Assembly: GCA_951406725.2 (NCBI GenBank)
Contig: OX597827.1
Location: 71,672,001 to 71,736,000, forward strand
Direction of reading: 5' to 3'
Source: Octopus vulgaris
Lineage: Eukaryota
Length of the DNA stretch: 64,000 nucleotides
The translations under genes were made by a program, and so were the position numbers. Shown here one piece after another: positions 1 through 15,180 of the stretch; positions within the stretch are counted from its first letter, which is position 1, and the number at the start of each line of letters is the position of its first letter. Below the pieces are notes generated by a model. That model was given only the letters and a program-made list of their open reading frames with translations, had not been told where the DNA came from and ran no database searches.

Positions 1-494
1 TAAACTAATATATTTTGCTAAATGAATTTTTCGCGTTGCGTCGTTTTCCGAATGAAGTCGTATGTCTTGTAACCAATTACCGACGCAAGTTGAGGTATGC
101 AAGCAAATTTGATATACACATACATATACATATTCAAACGTATTATTTAAGATCGACAGAAGTTAACAAAAGTGACTCTAGCCTCGAGAGTTTCGTGCAT
201 GGCATTCACATACCTAAATGCAGCCATACACACATATTTACATATTGGTTTATTACACACACACACACACAACGCACCAACATATGACAAAATGGCGTTT
301 CGGTTCTCTAATAACATTGTCCAACGCCGCCTCCCCTTCCCGTCTTACCTTCTTCTTTTACATTGTTGTCTCTTACCATTCCCCCCAATTTTCAGTTCTA
401 TTATGGACGCAATTGTTTCTTTGTAACAGTGGTCCTCAGTAGATTAAGCTCTTTGTAACTGTGACCTTAGTACACCAATTATAGTCATATGCAT

Positions 495-1140
<646 letters not shown>

Positions 1141-1303
1141 TATATGCTAGTGCCTAATGCTTTATAAACGGCATTATTACAAGATCAAAGTCTACCACTT
1201 CTGAAACGAGATATATAAGGATTCCAGTTGGAAGTCACATTTCTCAAGGGTCTGTTCTGACAACAACATACGCTTCTACCGTACAAGCACACTCACACAC
1301 ACA

Positions 1304-1361
<58 letters not shown>

Positions 1362-1494
1362 TGCATGCATGTATACACACACACTTAAGTACATGTAAAC
1401 ATGTATGCTTGTGCTGTGAGTGCGTGTGATATTGTATTGATAACATCAAACAATGTGCAGCAAAATGGTATTAATGGGATGGGATAATATACTG

Positions 1495-1519
1495 ATGATG
1501 GCGATGATGAAGATGATGA

Positions 1520-1553
<34 letters not shown>

Positions 1554-1628
1554 GGTGGTGATGATGATGATTATGATGGTGATAATGAAGATGTTGGTAA
1601 CGGTGGTGATGATGTTGATGATGATGAA

Positions 1629-1661
<33 letters not shown>

Positions 1662-1677
1662 GGTGGTATTGGTGGTG

Positions 1678-1710
<33 letters not shown>

Positions 1711-2235
1711 ATGATGGTGATAATGATGATGTTGGTAATGGTGGTGATGATGTTGATGATGATGAAGAGGATGATGATGATAGTGGTGGTGGTGGGGGTG
1801 ATGATGATGGTGATGATGATTATGATGGTGATAATGATGATGTTGATGATGGTAACGATGATGATGACGATGGTGATGGTGGTGATGATGAGTTGAAGGA
1901 GGAGGAGGAGGAGGAAGAGGCGGATGACGACGTTGGATGATGATAAATTACGAAGATAGTTAGGAAGGCGATGGTGATGGCGATGGTCGTGATGGCGGTG
2001 GTGATAACGGCGGCGGCGGCGGTGTCGTTAATGTTGGGGTGTTGCTGCTGCTGCTGCTGGTGATGGGCACGACGAAGATTATGATTATTGTTGATTAAGA
2101 TGTGTTCTTACTGTCTGTCGAATAATATATGATGATAATGTTGATCGATAATGTTGATAACGGGGATGATGGCGATGATGATAATGACGATGATGATGAT
2201 GATGATGACGACGACGAGGATAGAGACTACTACTG

Positions 2236-2290
<55 letters not shown>

Positions 2291-2338
2291 GATTATGATA
2301 ATGATGACGATGTTGATTATGACGATTATAACGACGAC

Positions 2339-2373
<35 letters not shown>

Positions 2374-2636
2374 GGAAGAGGAGGAGGAGGAGGAGGAGGA
2401 TGTGGAGGATAACGATGATGAAGTGGAAGAGGAGAAAGAGGAAGAGCAGAAAGATGGTGGCGATAAATATGAAAATTAAGGTGCCATTAACCAAACAAAA
2501 ACCTGATTAAGTATGACGACGACGATGACGACGACAACGTTGATGACGATGGTGATGATGACGGCAATGATGATGATTATGATGATGATAATGATGATGA
2601 TGATGATGATGATGACGACGACGACGACGATGGTGA
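1495..2636. repeat. Compound trinucleotide microsatellite region (ATG/GTG/GAG/TAC/ACG)n
   Basis: Direct reading; explains the poly-M/V/D/Y/E ORFs. Confidence 0.95.
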
Positions 2637-2809
2637 TCGACGAGAAGCACGTAATTAATCAAAATAAGATGACTGAAGCGATTTTCTCTGGATTGACGGA
2701 ATTTTCATTTTCGTGTAACTCACCATTAATGTGTAACAACGGATTAAATAAGTTGAGATGTTGAGAGAGAGAGAGAGGGAGAGGGAGAAAGAGAGGGAGA
2801 GAGAGAGAG

Positions 2810-3177
2810 AGCGGTAGAGGGAGAGATGTGAAATGTGTATGTGTGAGAGAGAGAGCGGTAGAAGAGATATGAAATGTGTGAGAGAGGGAGAGAGAGAGAA
2901 AGAGAGAGAGAGAAAGAGAGGGGGAGATAGAGAGAGAGAGAGAGAAGGAGAAAGAGAGGGAGATAGATAGAGAGAGAGAGCGGTAGAGGGAGAGATGTGA
3001 AATGTGTGTGAGAGAGTGAGAGAGAAAGGGAGAGCGGTAGAGGGAGAGATGTGAAAGGTGTGTGTGAGAGTGACAGAGAGAGAGAGTGGTAGTAGGAGAG
3101 ATGTGAAATGTGTGTGAGAGAGTGAGAGAGAGAGAGAGAGAGTGAGTGGTAGTAGGAGAGATGTGAAATGTGTGTGA

Positions 3178-3215
<38 letters not shown>

Positions 3216-3241
3216 GTAGGAGAGATGTGAAATGTGTGTGA

Positions 3242-3279
<38 letters not shown>

Positions 3280-3316
3280 GTAGGAGAGATGTGAAATGTG
3301 TGTGAGAGAGTGAGAG
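2810..3316. repeat. Minisatellite of ~45-125 bp units with a fixed core (G(C/T)GGTAG..GGAGAGATGTGAAATGTGTGTGAGAG) and variable (GA)n spacer
   Basis: Core GAGATGTGAAATGTG or a close variant recurs about 8 times. Confidence 0.9.
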
Positions 3317-3427
3317 AGGTATACATAGAAACAGAGGAAGATAGAGGGAAGTGAAGAAGAGGCGGGAAAAGGGATGGCAAAAAGAGAAGTGAATTTGGAG
3401 AAAAGAGAAAGGTGGCATGTGTAATCG

Positions 3428-4395
3428 TGTAACATTTTCTCCGTTTTCTCGTCTTTTCGTCCGTGTTGTCGCACTTATTCACTCGCTTCCTTCCAAAAAT
3501 TTAATCCCCTTAATGTCCTTGTATCGCCCATCTGTCCGTCTGTTTTCATTGCCACCCGTTACGGCCTTGTTCTGTTTCTTTTTTTTTACTTATATATACA
3601 TATAGCGGCGTACGTACACCTTTTGCTCTGCTTGTAAGTAAGTATATATCTAAATTCTGTACGACTTTCTTCTTTCTTACTTCTTTTCTTTTCTCGCTCC
3701 CCCCCTCTCTCACATTTCTTGGTCTTTCTTTCTTTCCATTATTCTTTTTCTGGTTCCCCGTCTCTCATATTTCTTGGCATTCTCATTTTTTAATCCCTCA
3801 ATTCTCCTCTATTATCTCCCTTGTATCTTTCCCTCTGTCCTTCTCTCTCTCTGCCCCCCTCTCTACCTCTTTCTCACTTGTTCTTTCCCTAATTCTTCAA
3901 TCCCTTTACTCCCTACCCCTCTCTGTTCCTCCCACATGATCGGTGCTCGGCCAAGCATGATCTTTCTTTCTTGGCTTGACCGCCTCTTAGACAACACCTT
4001 ATCTTCCTGTCTCCTGACTTTCATCTGTTTGTTGCCGTAAGGCTTCCACTTCACACGCCAGCTTAACTTAACTAGACCTGTTGTTATTCTTGTTGTTTGT
4101 ATTTGTAATAGTGTAGCATTTTCTCCGTTTTCTCGTTTTTCCGTCCGTGTAATTGCACATATTCGCTCGCTTTCTTCCAAAAATTTAATGCCCTTAGCTC
4201 AGATTTTTGGGGCCTACCAATTCCGAACAGTCTCAAGTGTAACAGGCCGAAACTGTAATGATGATTGGAAGCTTGACTGATGAATAGAAAGGCACGAATG
4301 TTCCGCCCTGGTTTTTCTGTCCGTCTTTGTATCGTTCATCTGTCCGTCTCTTTTCATTGTCGTCCGTTATGTTCTTGTTACGTTTTGAGAATTTA
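3428..4395 (+). repeat. Two diverged copies of an interspersed repeat (3428-3590, 4111-4395); related copies at 6445-6565 (+) and 52097-52257 (-)
   Basis: GTGTARCATTTTCTCCGTTTTCTCG...TTCCAAAAATTTAAT duplicated; shared GCCGAAA..GATGAT..TGACTGAWGA..CGAATG motif in the 4.2, 6.5 and 52.2 kb copies. Confidence 0.7.
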
Positions 4396-4403
4396 TATAT
4401 ATC

Positions 4404-4474
<71 letters not shown>

Positions 4475-4475
4475 C

Positions 4476-4584
<109 letters not shown>

Positions 4585-5130
4585 GAATTAATACAAAGTT
4601 AGGAGCAATATAATACACTTAAGGAAACATTTTATCGTCACTAATTTTCAGGGTACCGAAGCATCTATACAGCAAAAAAATAAGAGTTAAAAACTCTTAA
4701 TGCTGCACGAAGCACACACACTATATATATCCAAAGGATCAGCCAGTCTAGCTTTTAATACTGTGTTAAATGTAGTTGTAACTGTTCTGAGAATACCCTC
4801 TTCAAATGTCCAGGGGGACACTTATGTTTATAAAGTCAATGTTACTAAGAACTGAAGTAGATCGAACAGACCGATTTGCCTACTACAGCGCATTATTGGC
4901 AGCTATTATTATAAATGAATTATTGGTGTTTTAACAGTGTTTCTTTTTCTTTTTTCAATGGTATGTTGTACTAGTGCGTATAGCAAGAGACTGTTAGCCA
5001 ACAATTTATGTTTACATCCGTGAATGTATAATTGTGCTGTCTAGAAAAGCTCCACAGGTATATACTAAAGTATGGTATAGCATTGAAGCAAATATGAACG
5101 CATATATGTATACAAATACATACATATACG

Positions 5131-5214
<84 letters not shown>

Positions 5215-6593
5215 CATATAGATACACATACCCCCACACACATACACACGCATATATATATATATATATACATATTTACATATTAATACACGCAAACATA
5301 TATATGTATATATATAATATATAATATATATATGTATATTTATATAAGTATATAATATATATATATATAATATATAATATATATATGTATATTTATATAA
5401 GTATATAATATATATATATATATAATATAATATAATATATAATATATATACGTGTATGTATGTGTATGTATACACATTTAAACACACGTTTATGTATTTA
5501 TACAACTATTTTATATATGTGTAAATATACATACGCAGACATAAACACATTCATGTATATAGTCTAGGTATATAATACACGCATACATATACACGCACGC
5601 TCATACCCACCCCCGCGCGAGCACACACACACACACACACACACACCCACATACACACCCCATTCATTAACTACCTCTTAAATCCGTCCATTTATTTTAC
5701 TGTATAGCGTTGCCATCCACAGTTGAAGTGACAGCAAGTGATTTGTACGACAACTGTTAAGTCGCTTACATCACACAGCAATGTGAGTAAACACTGTATC
5801 GCCATTAATACAATGGAATCTATTAGGCCTAAATTGCTGCCCAGATAAAACAAAATAATAATAAAACAAATCTAACAAACAAACAAACAAGCTAACAGTT
5901 TATTGACGAATGAAATAGCTTTGTTTGCAAACATCGAACGATTCTGCGAGAATTTACACGACTTTTGACACCGGAAGAAACCGAACATTTAGCCATCAAT
6001 TTAAGTTAATTTTTGTTTATGTTATGACAACTGAAAGACTTCAATTCAGCAAGTGGCTTCATAGAACTTTTATTTGGTATAAAAACGTATCAGAACGTAA
6101 GAACTTTTTACCATTACTGTAGAATGGGTTATTCATCGGCAGGAACTATTCTCTCTTCTTCACACACTTACAATATCTGTTTCCTTTTTCGCATTGCTAT
6201 AGAATATGAAAATGTTACCGCCGCACACACACAACCATCCACAAGCATACAATATCTTTACAATATTATAGTCTCATATACGGTGCTTGCTTTTCCTGGC
6301 GGACGACAACGTAATTGGACAATAATATATAATAATAATGATATATAATGTATATTAATAATAACACACATACACATACATGCATACATAGATATGTGTG
6401 TGTACATACATACATATAACTATGTGCGTGTATATATATGTATACATATCAGAATTGAACAGCCGAAATTTGCTATGATGATTCGGTGTCTGACTGAAGA
6501 TTGAAGGCTTCGAATGATTTGTCTGTGTTCCGTGTTCGTCCCTTCCTGTATTTCACGTTCATTATATATAAAAACATTCATTCTTATATATAT

Positions 6594-6687
<94 letters not shown>

Positions 6688-6691
6688 ATGC

Positions 6692-6728
<37 letters not shown>

Positions 6729-6730
6729 CA

Positions 6731-6834
6731 CGAGGGGTGCTGAAAAGTTCCTGGCTTTAAGGGTTTCGCGAAAGGCCTGGCTGGAGGCCCAACTTTCCAA
6801 GTTCTTATACAGGGCTTTGAGAAACTGAAGGGCC
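6731..6834 (+). mobile_element. mariner-type DNA transposon terminal fragment
   Basis: Starts CGAGGGGTGCTGAAAAGTTCCTGGCTT, a typical mariner TIR pattern; second end not seen. Confidence 0.55.
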
Positions 6835-6837
6835 ACA

Positions 6838-6932
6838 TCAAGAACACAACACACAGCCCAGTCCGGGAATCGAACTCATTACTTCATGATTGTGAGCCCG
6901 ATTCTCCAACTACTGAGCCCATGCGCCTTTAC
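6838..6932 (-). mobile_element. tRNA-derived SINE 5' fragment (head B)
   Basis: Minus strand AAGGCGCATGGGCTCAGTAG...GAGTTCGATTCCC...TTGTGTTCTTGA, similar to 39699-39790. Confidence 0.7.
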
Positions 6933-8017
6933 ATGCATACGTATATACATACATACACACACACATACATACATACATACATACATACATACATACATAC
7001 ATACATACATACATACATACATACATACATACACGTACGCACACACACACACTCTCTCACGCACGCACACACATACACACAAGAATTTCATTTGTTTTAA
7101 ACTTGGAGTTTTCTTTACAAAGCCCGTCCACGTGTACCGGCTATCAGATTTTATCAGCCAACGAAAATCGATTGGTCGAATAATGATGTATCTGAGAATA
7201 CTAATTCGATGTATTATTTCGCATAAATAAACAATAATATCCTAGCAATAAACTTCTGGTAAAGCGTCGACGAAACAGTTGTAGAATTATGCAATTAAAC
7301 GAATTGATCACACCATTATTCTCGTTAATGTTTATATATATGTGAATGTGTGTGTGTATGCGCGCGTGTTTATGTATGTATGTATGTATGTATGTATGTA
7401 TGTATGTATGTATGTATGTATGTATGTGCGTGTGCATATATATACTGCTTTAGATGCATACATGTACCAGCATAAAGGTCAGCTGCCCTGCAGATGTAAA
7501 TTCGGAATGTTTCCTTCCAATTGCGAAGCCATCGAGATTCGGAAGGAACACGATTAATCTTCTAAATGCCATAATCGAAGTAACAAGTATCTCCACTCTA
7601 CATTACGGTATTGAGTACTTTTCGCCTACCAAATCCACTCACAAGACTTGTAAAAGACTCTTGCCCACGCTGCCACGCAGTCGGACTGAATCTGAAATCA
7701 TGTGGCTGTGAGCAAGTTTCTTTCTACACAGTGAATTGATTGACAGCAACATTCTTTGTTACGCTCTGCGCATACGCTTACTTGGAGCAGAAACAGCTGC
7801 AAGCTAATGAAAGTGTTATGGAAACAAAACACATTTCATCGTTTTTCCTTTTCATTTCTTTCTTTTATTTCTCATTTTGTATCTGTGTTTTCCTTTCAAT
7901 CGCTTACTTTCAATGAAATTTATAGAAAACTAGAATTTAATTTAAAAAAAAAAAGCACCATTTGCAGATCACAAATTTAAATTGCAATTTGTGTTTAAAG
8001 AACACACACACACACAC

Positions 8018-8062
<45 letters not shown>

Positions 8063-8284
8063 CATACACACGCACACATGTGTGTATATATATGTGTAAA
8101 TATATACATATAATGTATATGTATGTATATATATATATATACAGACACACACAGGCATACACATATAGGAATGAAATTGTACACCTGATATGCAAGTATC
8201 TCTATCTGATCAAAATTGTTTATTGAAACCAGTCAATCAATCGATGAATCAATCAATCAATCGTTCTCTGAATGTGTGTGCACC

Positions 8285-8358
<74 letters not shown>

Positions 8359-8379
8359 TCTATCCATCCATCCATCTAC

Positions 8380-8453
<74 letters not shown>

Positions 8454-8773
8454 GTCTATCTATCTACCTATCTATTTAATATAATGTAGCATAATATGCA
8501 TGTATGTATGCATGTATGTATGTACGTATGCATGTATGTATGCATGTATGTATGTATGTATGTATGTATGTATGTGTGTATGTACGCATGTGTGTACATG
8601 TACGTACGTATGTATGTATGTATGTATGTATGTATGTATGTAGGTATGTACGTATGTATGTATGTAGGTATGTGTGTGTGTTCGTACATATAAATAAATA
8701 TACAGAAATGGAGGTGGAGTTTGTCTTTCCAGTTTATATATCTATCTATAGTTTATACCTGCATGTTTCATCC

Positions 8774-8805
<32 letters not shown>

Positions 8806-9371
8806 CCACACATACCCATACACACATGTATAATCTCACACCTTTATGCCGATGTACATAGATACGTACACCTGTATGCTTCTGTACTAAGTAAAAACCT
8901 ACCATGTTTAATAATTGTTTTTTTTTGTTCTTTACCGGAAATGCAGCATTGCCGATGCTGTTGCCGGCAAGCCTGTTATTGTTGATGCTGTTGTTGTGGT
9001 TGCTTTCGTTTTTTGTAGATCTATTTCATCAATTGTAGTGTCACACTATCATTTCCGGTACTTTCTCATAAAAAAAAAACACCCCATAAAATATAAAGAA
9101 AAATAATGTATAAATAAATAAAGAACGTAAAAAAATTATTACATCTATCACTTAACACACATTAAAGATGTCTTCCCCTATCGCTTCCTCATTTTCGCGC
9201 TAAAACACACAAACACACAAACACACATACACACAGATGTACGTATGCATAATACATACACAAACCTTAACACATATACACACACATTGGTGTACCTATG
9301 TATGCTTCCTCTCAATTTTATTCCCTCATTCACTCTCTTCGTGTTTGTATATTATGTGTATGTGTATATAC

Positions 9372-9484
<113 letters not shown>

Positions 9485-9799
9485 CACATACATATATATA
9501 TATATACACATACACACATATATATATATATATACATACACACATACATACACACATACATATATATGCATACATACATATATATATGCATGAATATATA
9601 TGTGTATATATATATATATGTGTGTGTGTATTGTATATATATATATATATATATATATGCATGTTTTTACATATATATTTATATATACGTATTTACCTAT
9701 GTATGTCTTTGTCTTTTTCTCTCTCTACGTGTATGTATCTATGTATGCACACATATATATATATATATATATATACATACACACATATACATACATACA

Positions 9800-9870
<71 letters not shown>

Positions 9871-10481
9871 ATAGATATACATATATCTATATACATACAT
9901 ATGCATACACACATATGCACACACACATATATCCTCGTATCAACGTACATCAATAATCACGCATCGATGACTTCGATCGTCAAGATCAACAAGCCGAATG
10001 GTGTTCTGTCGTCCTTCGCTTCCCCGCCTATCCTCAACCCCGCTGACACCACATCAACATATTAGTTCACCGGGGCATACGACTATATATATAATATATG
10101 TGTGTGCGTGTTTGACCGTTTGTGTGTGTCTGTGTGTCCGTGAATGTGTGTGTGTGTGTGTGTATGTTATTATTGAGTGCTTCACTTAATTAACGTTGAT
10201 CAACTTTAGACATTAAGTTCAGATGTTGGTGATTTTTCGACTCTGTGACTGTTGTTGGCATAGTGTAGTAACCTCTAGTTTAACGCTGATCGGATAAAGC
10301 TAGGATCAAAGACTCTCCATGCGTGAACATCCCGCCTTTTGGGATGTCTTCAGACATAGTGTTTTGCATCGACTTCAAAAAAAATAATAAAGTAGAAGAC
10401 GCATTGACTATTGTAGTCCAAGGTACTCTATGACTGATATGACATGGCCAACCATGGGTAACCTAGGGTTAAACAGCAACG

Positions 10482-10714
10482 CGACGATTTCATCTCAATC
10501 GAAGGAGAGGGGCTTTCTCCGTCCGGGTTGCGGATCCGTGGAATAAACTGCCGGACGAGATAGTGAAGATGTCGACGACCGCTCGGTTCAAAGTCTCTCT
10601 TGACCAGAAATGGCCTGAACTCTTTGTATGAACACCCTCCCTGTACATAACTCGATGTCCCCCTACATGGTCTTGCTTTTTGCTTTTTGAGCCCAAAAAT
10701 TAACTTAACTTAAC
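10482..10714 (+). mobile_element. 5'-truncated CR1-clade LINE 3' end
   Basis: Translates RRFHLNRRRGAFSVRVADPWNKLPDEIVKMSTTARFKVSLDQKWPELFV* (CR1 C-terminal FS.RV...WN.LP motif), short 3'UTR, (TTAAC)n tail. Confidence 0.85.
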
Positions 10715-11250
10715 AACAGTGCACCGTAACCAACACGTCCACCACCGCCAACAACAACAACAAAAATAATGTTTGACCTACTAGAAGTATCAGGTAATTT
10801 CCCACCAAATCACACAGGTGTTATCTTTAAAAGAGAATGAAGGAAGGACATATTGGATAATGTAATCCTAGATAGCCTTTGACTGATCTACAAAACGACT
10901 GGGTGATCACCACTAGAACACTATTTGATCATAGGCCTGGTCAACCGTGGATGACCTAGGGCTAAACAACAGCAATAACAATATAGGCAATACAGTAATC
11001 CCTCACCATATCGCGGTTTACCTATCACGCACTCAGTACATCGCGGATTTTTCTGGTTAATATATGTAAATTTATAGGTTGGAGTCCTCAGTATATCGCG
11101 GGTTTCTGCGGCTGATAAGTATTTATATATTTTTAGACTTTAATTATTTCTGTGGTAAAATAAGCATTTTCATGCCTAAAAATTAATAAACTAATGAATA
11201 AAAATACAGTACAGTACGGCTCTGCATTGCACATTATTTTTTTGTATTTA

Positions 11251-11551
11251 TGCGCCCTTTTTCAAGCCTAGCCAGGCTCATGGGCCCGGTTTCCCGGTTT
11301 CTGTGGCGTATGCGTTCCTCCCCAGCTGGACGGGACGCCAGTTCATCGCAGTATTACTCACGAAACAGGAAGAGAGAGTGAGAGAAAGTTGTGGCGAAAG
11401 AGTACAACAGGGGTCTCCACCACTCCCTGCCGGAGCCTCGTGGAGCTTTTAGGTGTTTTCGCTCAATAAATTTCGATTCCTGGTCTGGGAATCGAAACCG
11501 CGATCCTCCGACCGCGAGTCCGCTGCCCTAACCACTGGGCCATTGCGCCTC
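11251..11551 (-). mobile_element. tRNA-derived SINE, head A + body X + tail T2 (V-domain-like)
   Basis: Minus strand GAGGCGCAATGGCCCAGTGG (A box)...GGTTTCGATTCCC (B box); tail contains CTGCGATGAACTGGCGTCCCGTCCAG, resembling the V-SINE domain. Confidence 0.85.
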
Positions 11552-11571
11552 AAAAATAAATGCTACTTCAC

Positions 11572-11808
11572 GAGCCATGCCAGGTTCATAAGGGCCGGTT
11601 TCCCGGTTTCAGTGGCGTAGAAATTCCCTACGTGGACGGGATGCCAGTCCGTCGCAGGATTACTCATTTTTGCCAGCTGAGTAGACTGGAGCAACGTGAA
11701 ATGAAGTGTTTTGCTCAAGAACACAACGCATCGACCGATCCAGGAATCGAAACCGCAACCTTACGATCATGAGTTCAACATCCTAACCACTGAGCCACGC
11801 GCCTCCAC
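11572..11808 (-). mobile_element. tRNA-derived SINE, head B + CORE-like body + tail T2
   Basis: Minus strand GGAGGCGCGTGGCTCAGTGG...TTCGATTCC, body GTGTTCTTGAGCAAAACACTT...CTCAGCTGGCAAAAATGAGTA, tail CCTGCGACGGACTGGCATCCCGTCCA. Confidence 0.85.
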
Positions 11809-12628
11809 CACACGTTATTTAAAATATATTAAAAGAAAAATACGTAGTGTACCGTAGATGAGAAAACAAAGAATCGCTCATACTGTATGGGAAACGAAAC
11901 TCGGGAGGCGGGTGTGTGGTGGTGTTTTGCATTGATAATAAAATAAATATAATAAAAAATATACTGTACAGTACTGTTTCTACTTCGCGGATTTTCACCT
12001 ATCGCGGGTTTTTTTGGAACGTAACACCCGCGATGGTCAAGGGATTGCTGTACCGCCAATAACAGCAATACCTTGTCACTTACACTTACATGCCCCTACT
12101 CCCACCACTGCCAACAACAACAACAAAAACGATAATAATGCTTTCTACAATAAGCACAAGGCCTGAAATTCAGGGCGGGGGGGGGGCTTAGTGGATTACC
12201 TCGACCCCAGTATTCAACAGGTACTTATTTTATATACCCATATATGCTATGCGGTTATTTTGGAAATACCACACGGTACAGACGTTTGAACCATAGATAT
12301 AATCTACCCAACGGGCTTCATTACAATTTCCGTCAATCCACGAGGATTGGGTCTGTCTCAAACTATAGTAAAAATGATTTTGCTCAAAATGTCTCGCAGC
12401 AGCGAAATCGAACCTGGAACTTTGTGACTACAAAACGTATACCTTAACCACTCAGCCATATCTCAGTTATAGCTTATATACGAAGTTATTCAATGAATCA
12501 TATCCTCATTTTTAAAGACAGTCAGCTGTGATTTTAGTGAAATTCGGATGCTGTTTTTAGCCGGTCTGATGACCACGTAGAGGTCCCCAACGTTGGTTTG
12601 TTAGAGTAACTTTCCCTGCTTTGATATC

Positions 12629-12918
12629 AAGATGTGATTTGAGGGGAATTTGGACGAGATTTCCAATGAGTCAAGTGATTCACATGGAGATCTCTCTCTT
12701 CTCTCTCTCTCTCTGCCCTCTCTCTCTCTCTGTCTCTCTCTCTGTCTCTGTCTCTCGTGGACTTGTATATATAGCTTTCTTTCGTTCTTGGTTTTTATTG
12801 CTTCAGTCAGTGGGCCGGTAAAGTCCGTAAGATGTGATTTGAGAGAAATTTGGACGAGATTTCCAACGAGTCGAGTGATTTACATGGAGATCTCTCTCTT
12901 CTCTCTCTCTCTGCCTCC

Positions 12919-12995
<77 letters not shown>

Positions 12996-13140
12996 GTGGG
13001 TTTGTATATATAGCTTTCTTTCATTCCCAGTTTTTACTGCTGCAGTCAGTGGGCCGGTAAAGTCCGTAAGATGTGATTTGAGGGGAAATTTGGACGCCAT
13101 TTCTAGTGGGTCCAATAAACACGTAAAAATATCTCTCTTT
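12629..13140 (+). repeat. Tandem repeat, ~200-240 bp unit, ~2.3 copies, with internal (CT)n
   Basis: AAGATGTGATTTGAG..AATTTGGACG at 12629, 12829 and 13068; CAGTCAGTGGGCCGGTAAAGTCCGT twice. Confidence 0.9.
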
Positions 13141-13681
13141 CTCTCTCTCTCTCCCTCCTTTCTCTCCCCCCTCCCCCGCACTTTATCTCCTCCCCCTCTT
13201 CCTCCTCTCCCATTGGCTTCTATGTTTAAACTTTATCAGCTTGGTCGTATTATTCACTGCCGCTGCAATCACTGGGCCGAGACAGACATATTGTTTGAAT
13301 AGATACAGTTGTCAGAGAACACGGCTCGTGATTGGTGTTCGTCTGGAGTTTGGTATGGTAAATGGCAAACAGCATCACCAACGCCAATGCAAATACTAAC
13401 AGACACACTAACACCAAGGCCCGCACCAACCCCCTGCTCCGACCCCCAACCTCCAACCCGCAACCCCCCCCCAACGTTAACACCAAAACCAACGTTAATT
13501 GAATCTCTCGCACACCAACACAACGGTAATTGAATCTATTGCATTGCTCAGTGGCGTAGATATGTACTTACGCACGCACACGCACGCACACACACATATA
13601 TATACACATGCATACATTGTATATGTATCTATGTATACACACACATATACATATACATACATACACACAAACATACATATG

Positions 13682-13740
<59 letters not shown>

Positions 13741-13752
13741 GTATATATATAT

Positions 13753-13883
13753 ATACACATATACGTAGGATCATATATGCATAATTTTATACGCATATAT
13801 ATATATATGTGATATATGTGTGTTTACACACACAACACACACACACATATATACACATATATACACACACATACATATGTATG

Positions 13884-13929
<46 letters not shown>

Positions 13930-14010
13930 CATATATACATATATACGTAGGATCATATATGCATAAATTTATACGCATATATATATGTGATATGTGTGTT
14001 TACACACACA
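13753..14010. repeat. Local tandem duplication (~180 bp period) inside microsatellite
   Basis: TACGTAGGATCATATATGCATAAWTTTATACGCATAT occurs twice. Confidence 0.85.
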
Positions 14011-14150
14011 TATACACATGCACACACACACACACACACACACACGCAGACGCACGCACATACAAATAAATAGACACGCACAAACCAATAAAGGCACATA
14101 CATGCACACAAACACACACAGTTATACGCAATCTCTCTCTCTCTCTTTCG

Positions 14151-14182
<32 letters not shown>

Positions 14183-14519
14183 CTCACACACTCACACACG
14201 CACACACAAGTGTTAGCCCAAACACCTTTCAAAACATGTCTCGTCTCAGATATATTATAATAACCATCACAAAAGTGTTGTTCTCCCTGTGTTTAACTCT
14301 CAGCTAAAATATTCACGACCAAGACATTAGCATGCATAATTAATGCGGAGCTGGGTTAAACAAGTCGGAAATTTAATAGAAAGGAGGTGGAGGGGGGGAG
14401 GACAAAACTAAAATATGCGAAAGTTAAAATCGTTTACATATATACATACATACATACATACATACATATACATATATATTTATATATTTCTTCGTCCATA
14501 TTATTATTATTATTATTCA

Positions 14520-14770
14520 GTAGTTTTATTTTTATTTTTATAGCGTGCTTTCACTTCACTACCGAGCACAGCTCCGTGTGCCTTGGGTATGTGCTGTGAT
14601 TTGTTGTGATGCTCTGATGGTTATTGTATGGAAAGTGTTCTGCGTAGGATGTGTGCAGTGCCTAGTAGTGCAATTTTCTGTATGTTATATGTGTTTGTAA
14701 GTCCTGGTGTTTTTGTTATGCATTTGTCTGAATATTTTTTTATCATGCCTAATGCACCTATTATGATAAA
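14520..14770 (-). mobile_element. R4/Dong-type RLE retrotransposon extreme 3' end inside a (TAA)n tract
   Basis: Minus strand IIIGALGMIKKYSDKCITKTPGLTNTYNIQKIALLGTAHILRRTLSIQ*; (ATT)n on both flanks. Confidence 0.85.
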
Positions 14771-14779
14771 AATTTATTA

Positions 14780-14860
<81 letters not shown>

Positions 14861-14913
14861 GTATATATATATATTTGATCGTCCAACGAATGACCATGGA
14901 CATCACACACACT

Positions 14914-14944
<31 letters not shown>

Positions 14945-14966
14945 AGGCACATTCACATAAACACAC

Positions 14967-15180
14967 ACGGTGCGGTGAATAAACTGTCGTTTAAATTACT
15001 GAAATATGAAAATATCACTGACATCTCATTTTAACATATATATTTACCAAAATTGCATAAAAATATTTTGAAATACTAAAGAGTAAATTTATCCAATAAA
15101 ATCGCCATTGGCTTCAACCATGGCCTCCAGACGACTTCGGGATCTCCTGCAACTCTTCTGGACTGTCTCCTTGTTTAAGG
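14967..15180 (-). mobile_element. Tc1/mariner-superfamily transposon 3' end with transposase C-terminus relic
   Basis: Minus strand LNKETVQKSCRRSRSRLEAMVEANGDFIG*, matching the usual R.RL.A.....G..F end of Tc1/maT transposases, followed by a TIR-like end. Confidence 0.75.

Larger units (their letters stand above)
10993..12050 (+). mobile_element. Tigger/pogo-like (Tc1-mariner superfamily) non-autonomous element carrying two nested SINEs
   Basis: TA|CAGTAATCCCTCACCATATCGCGG ... CCGCGATGGTCAAGGGATTGCTG|TA: imperfect TIRs plus TA TSD; 5' fragments of the same family at 35631-35780 and 44409-44480. Confidence 0.8.

Noticed and set aside
2129-2479. Acidic D/E/Y-rich ORF (and the D/G-rich ORF at 29851-30348)
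   Set aside because: Trinucleotide microsatellites open in several frames; not supportable as coding.
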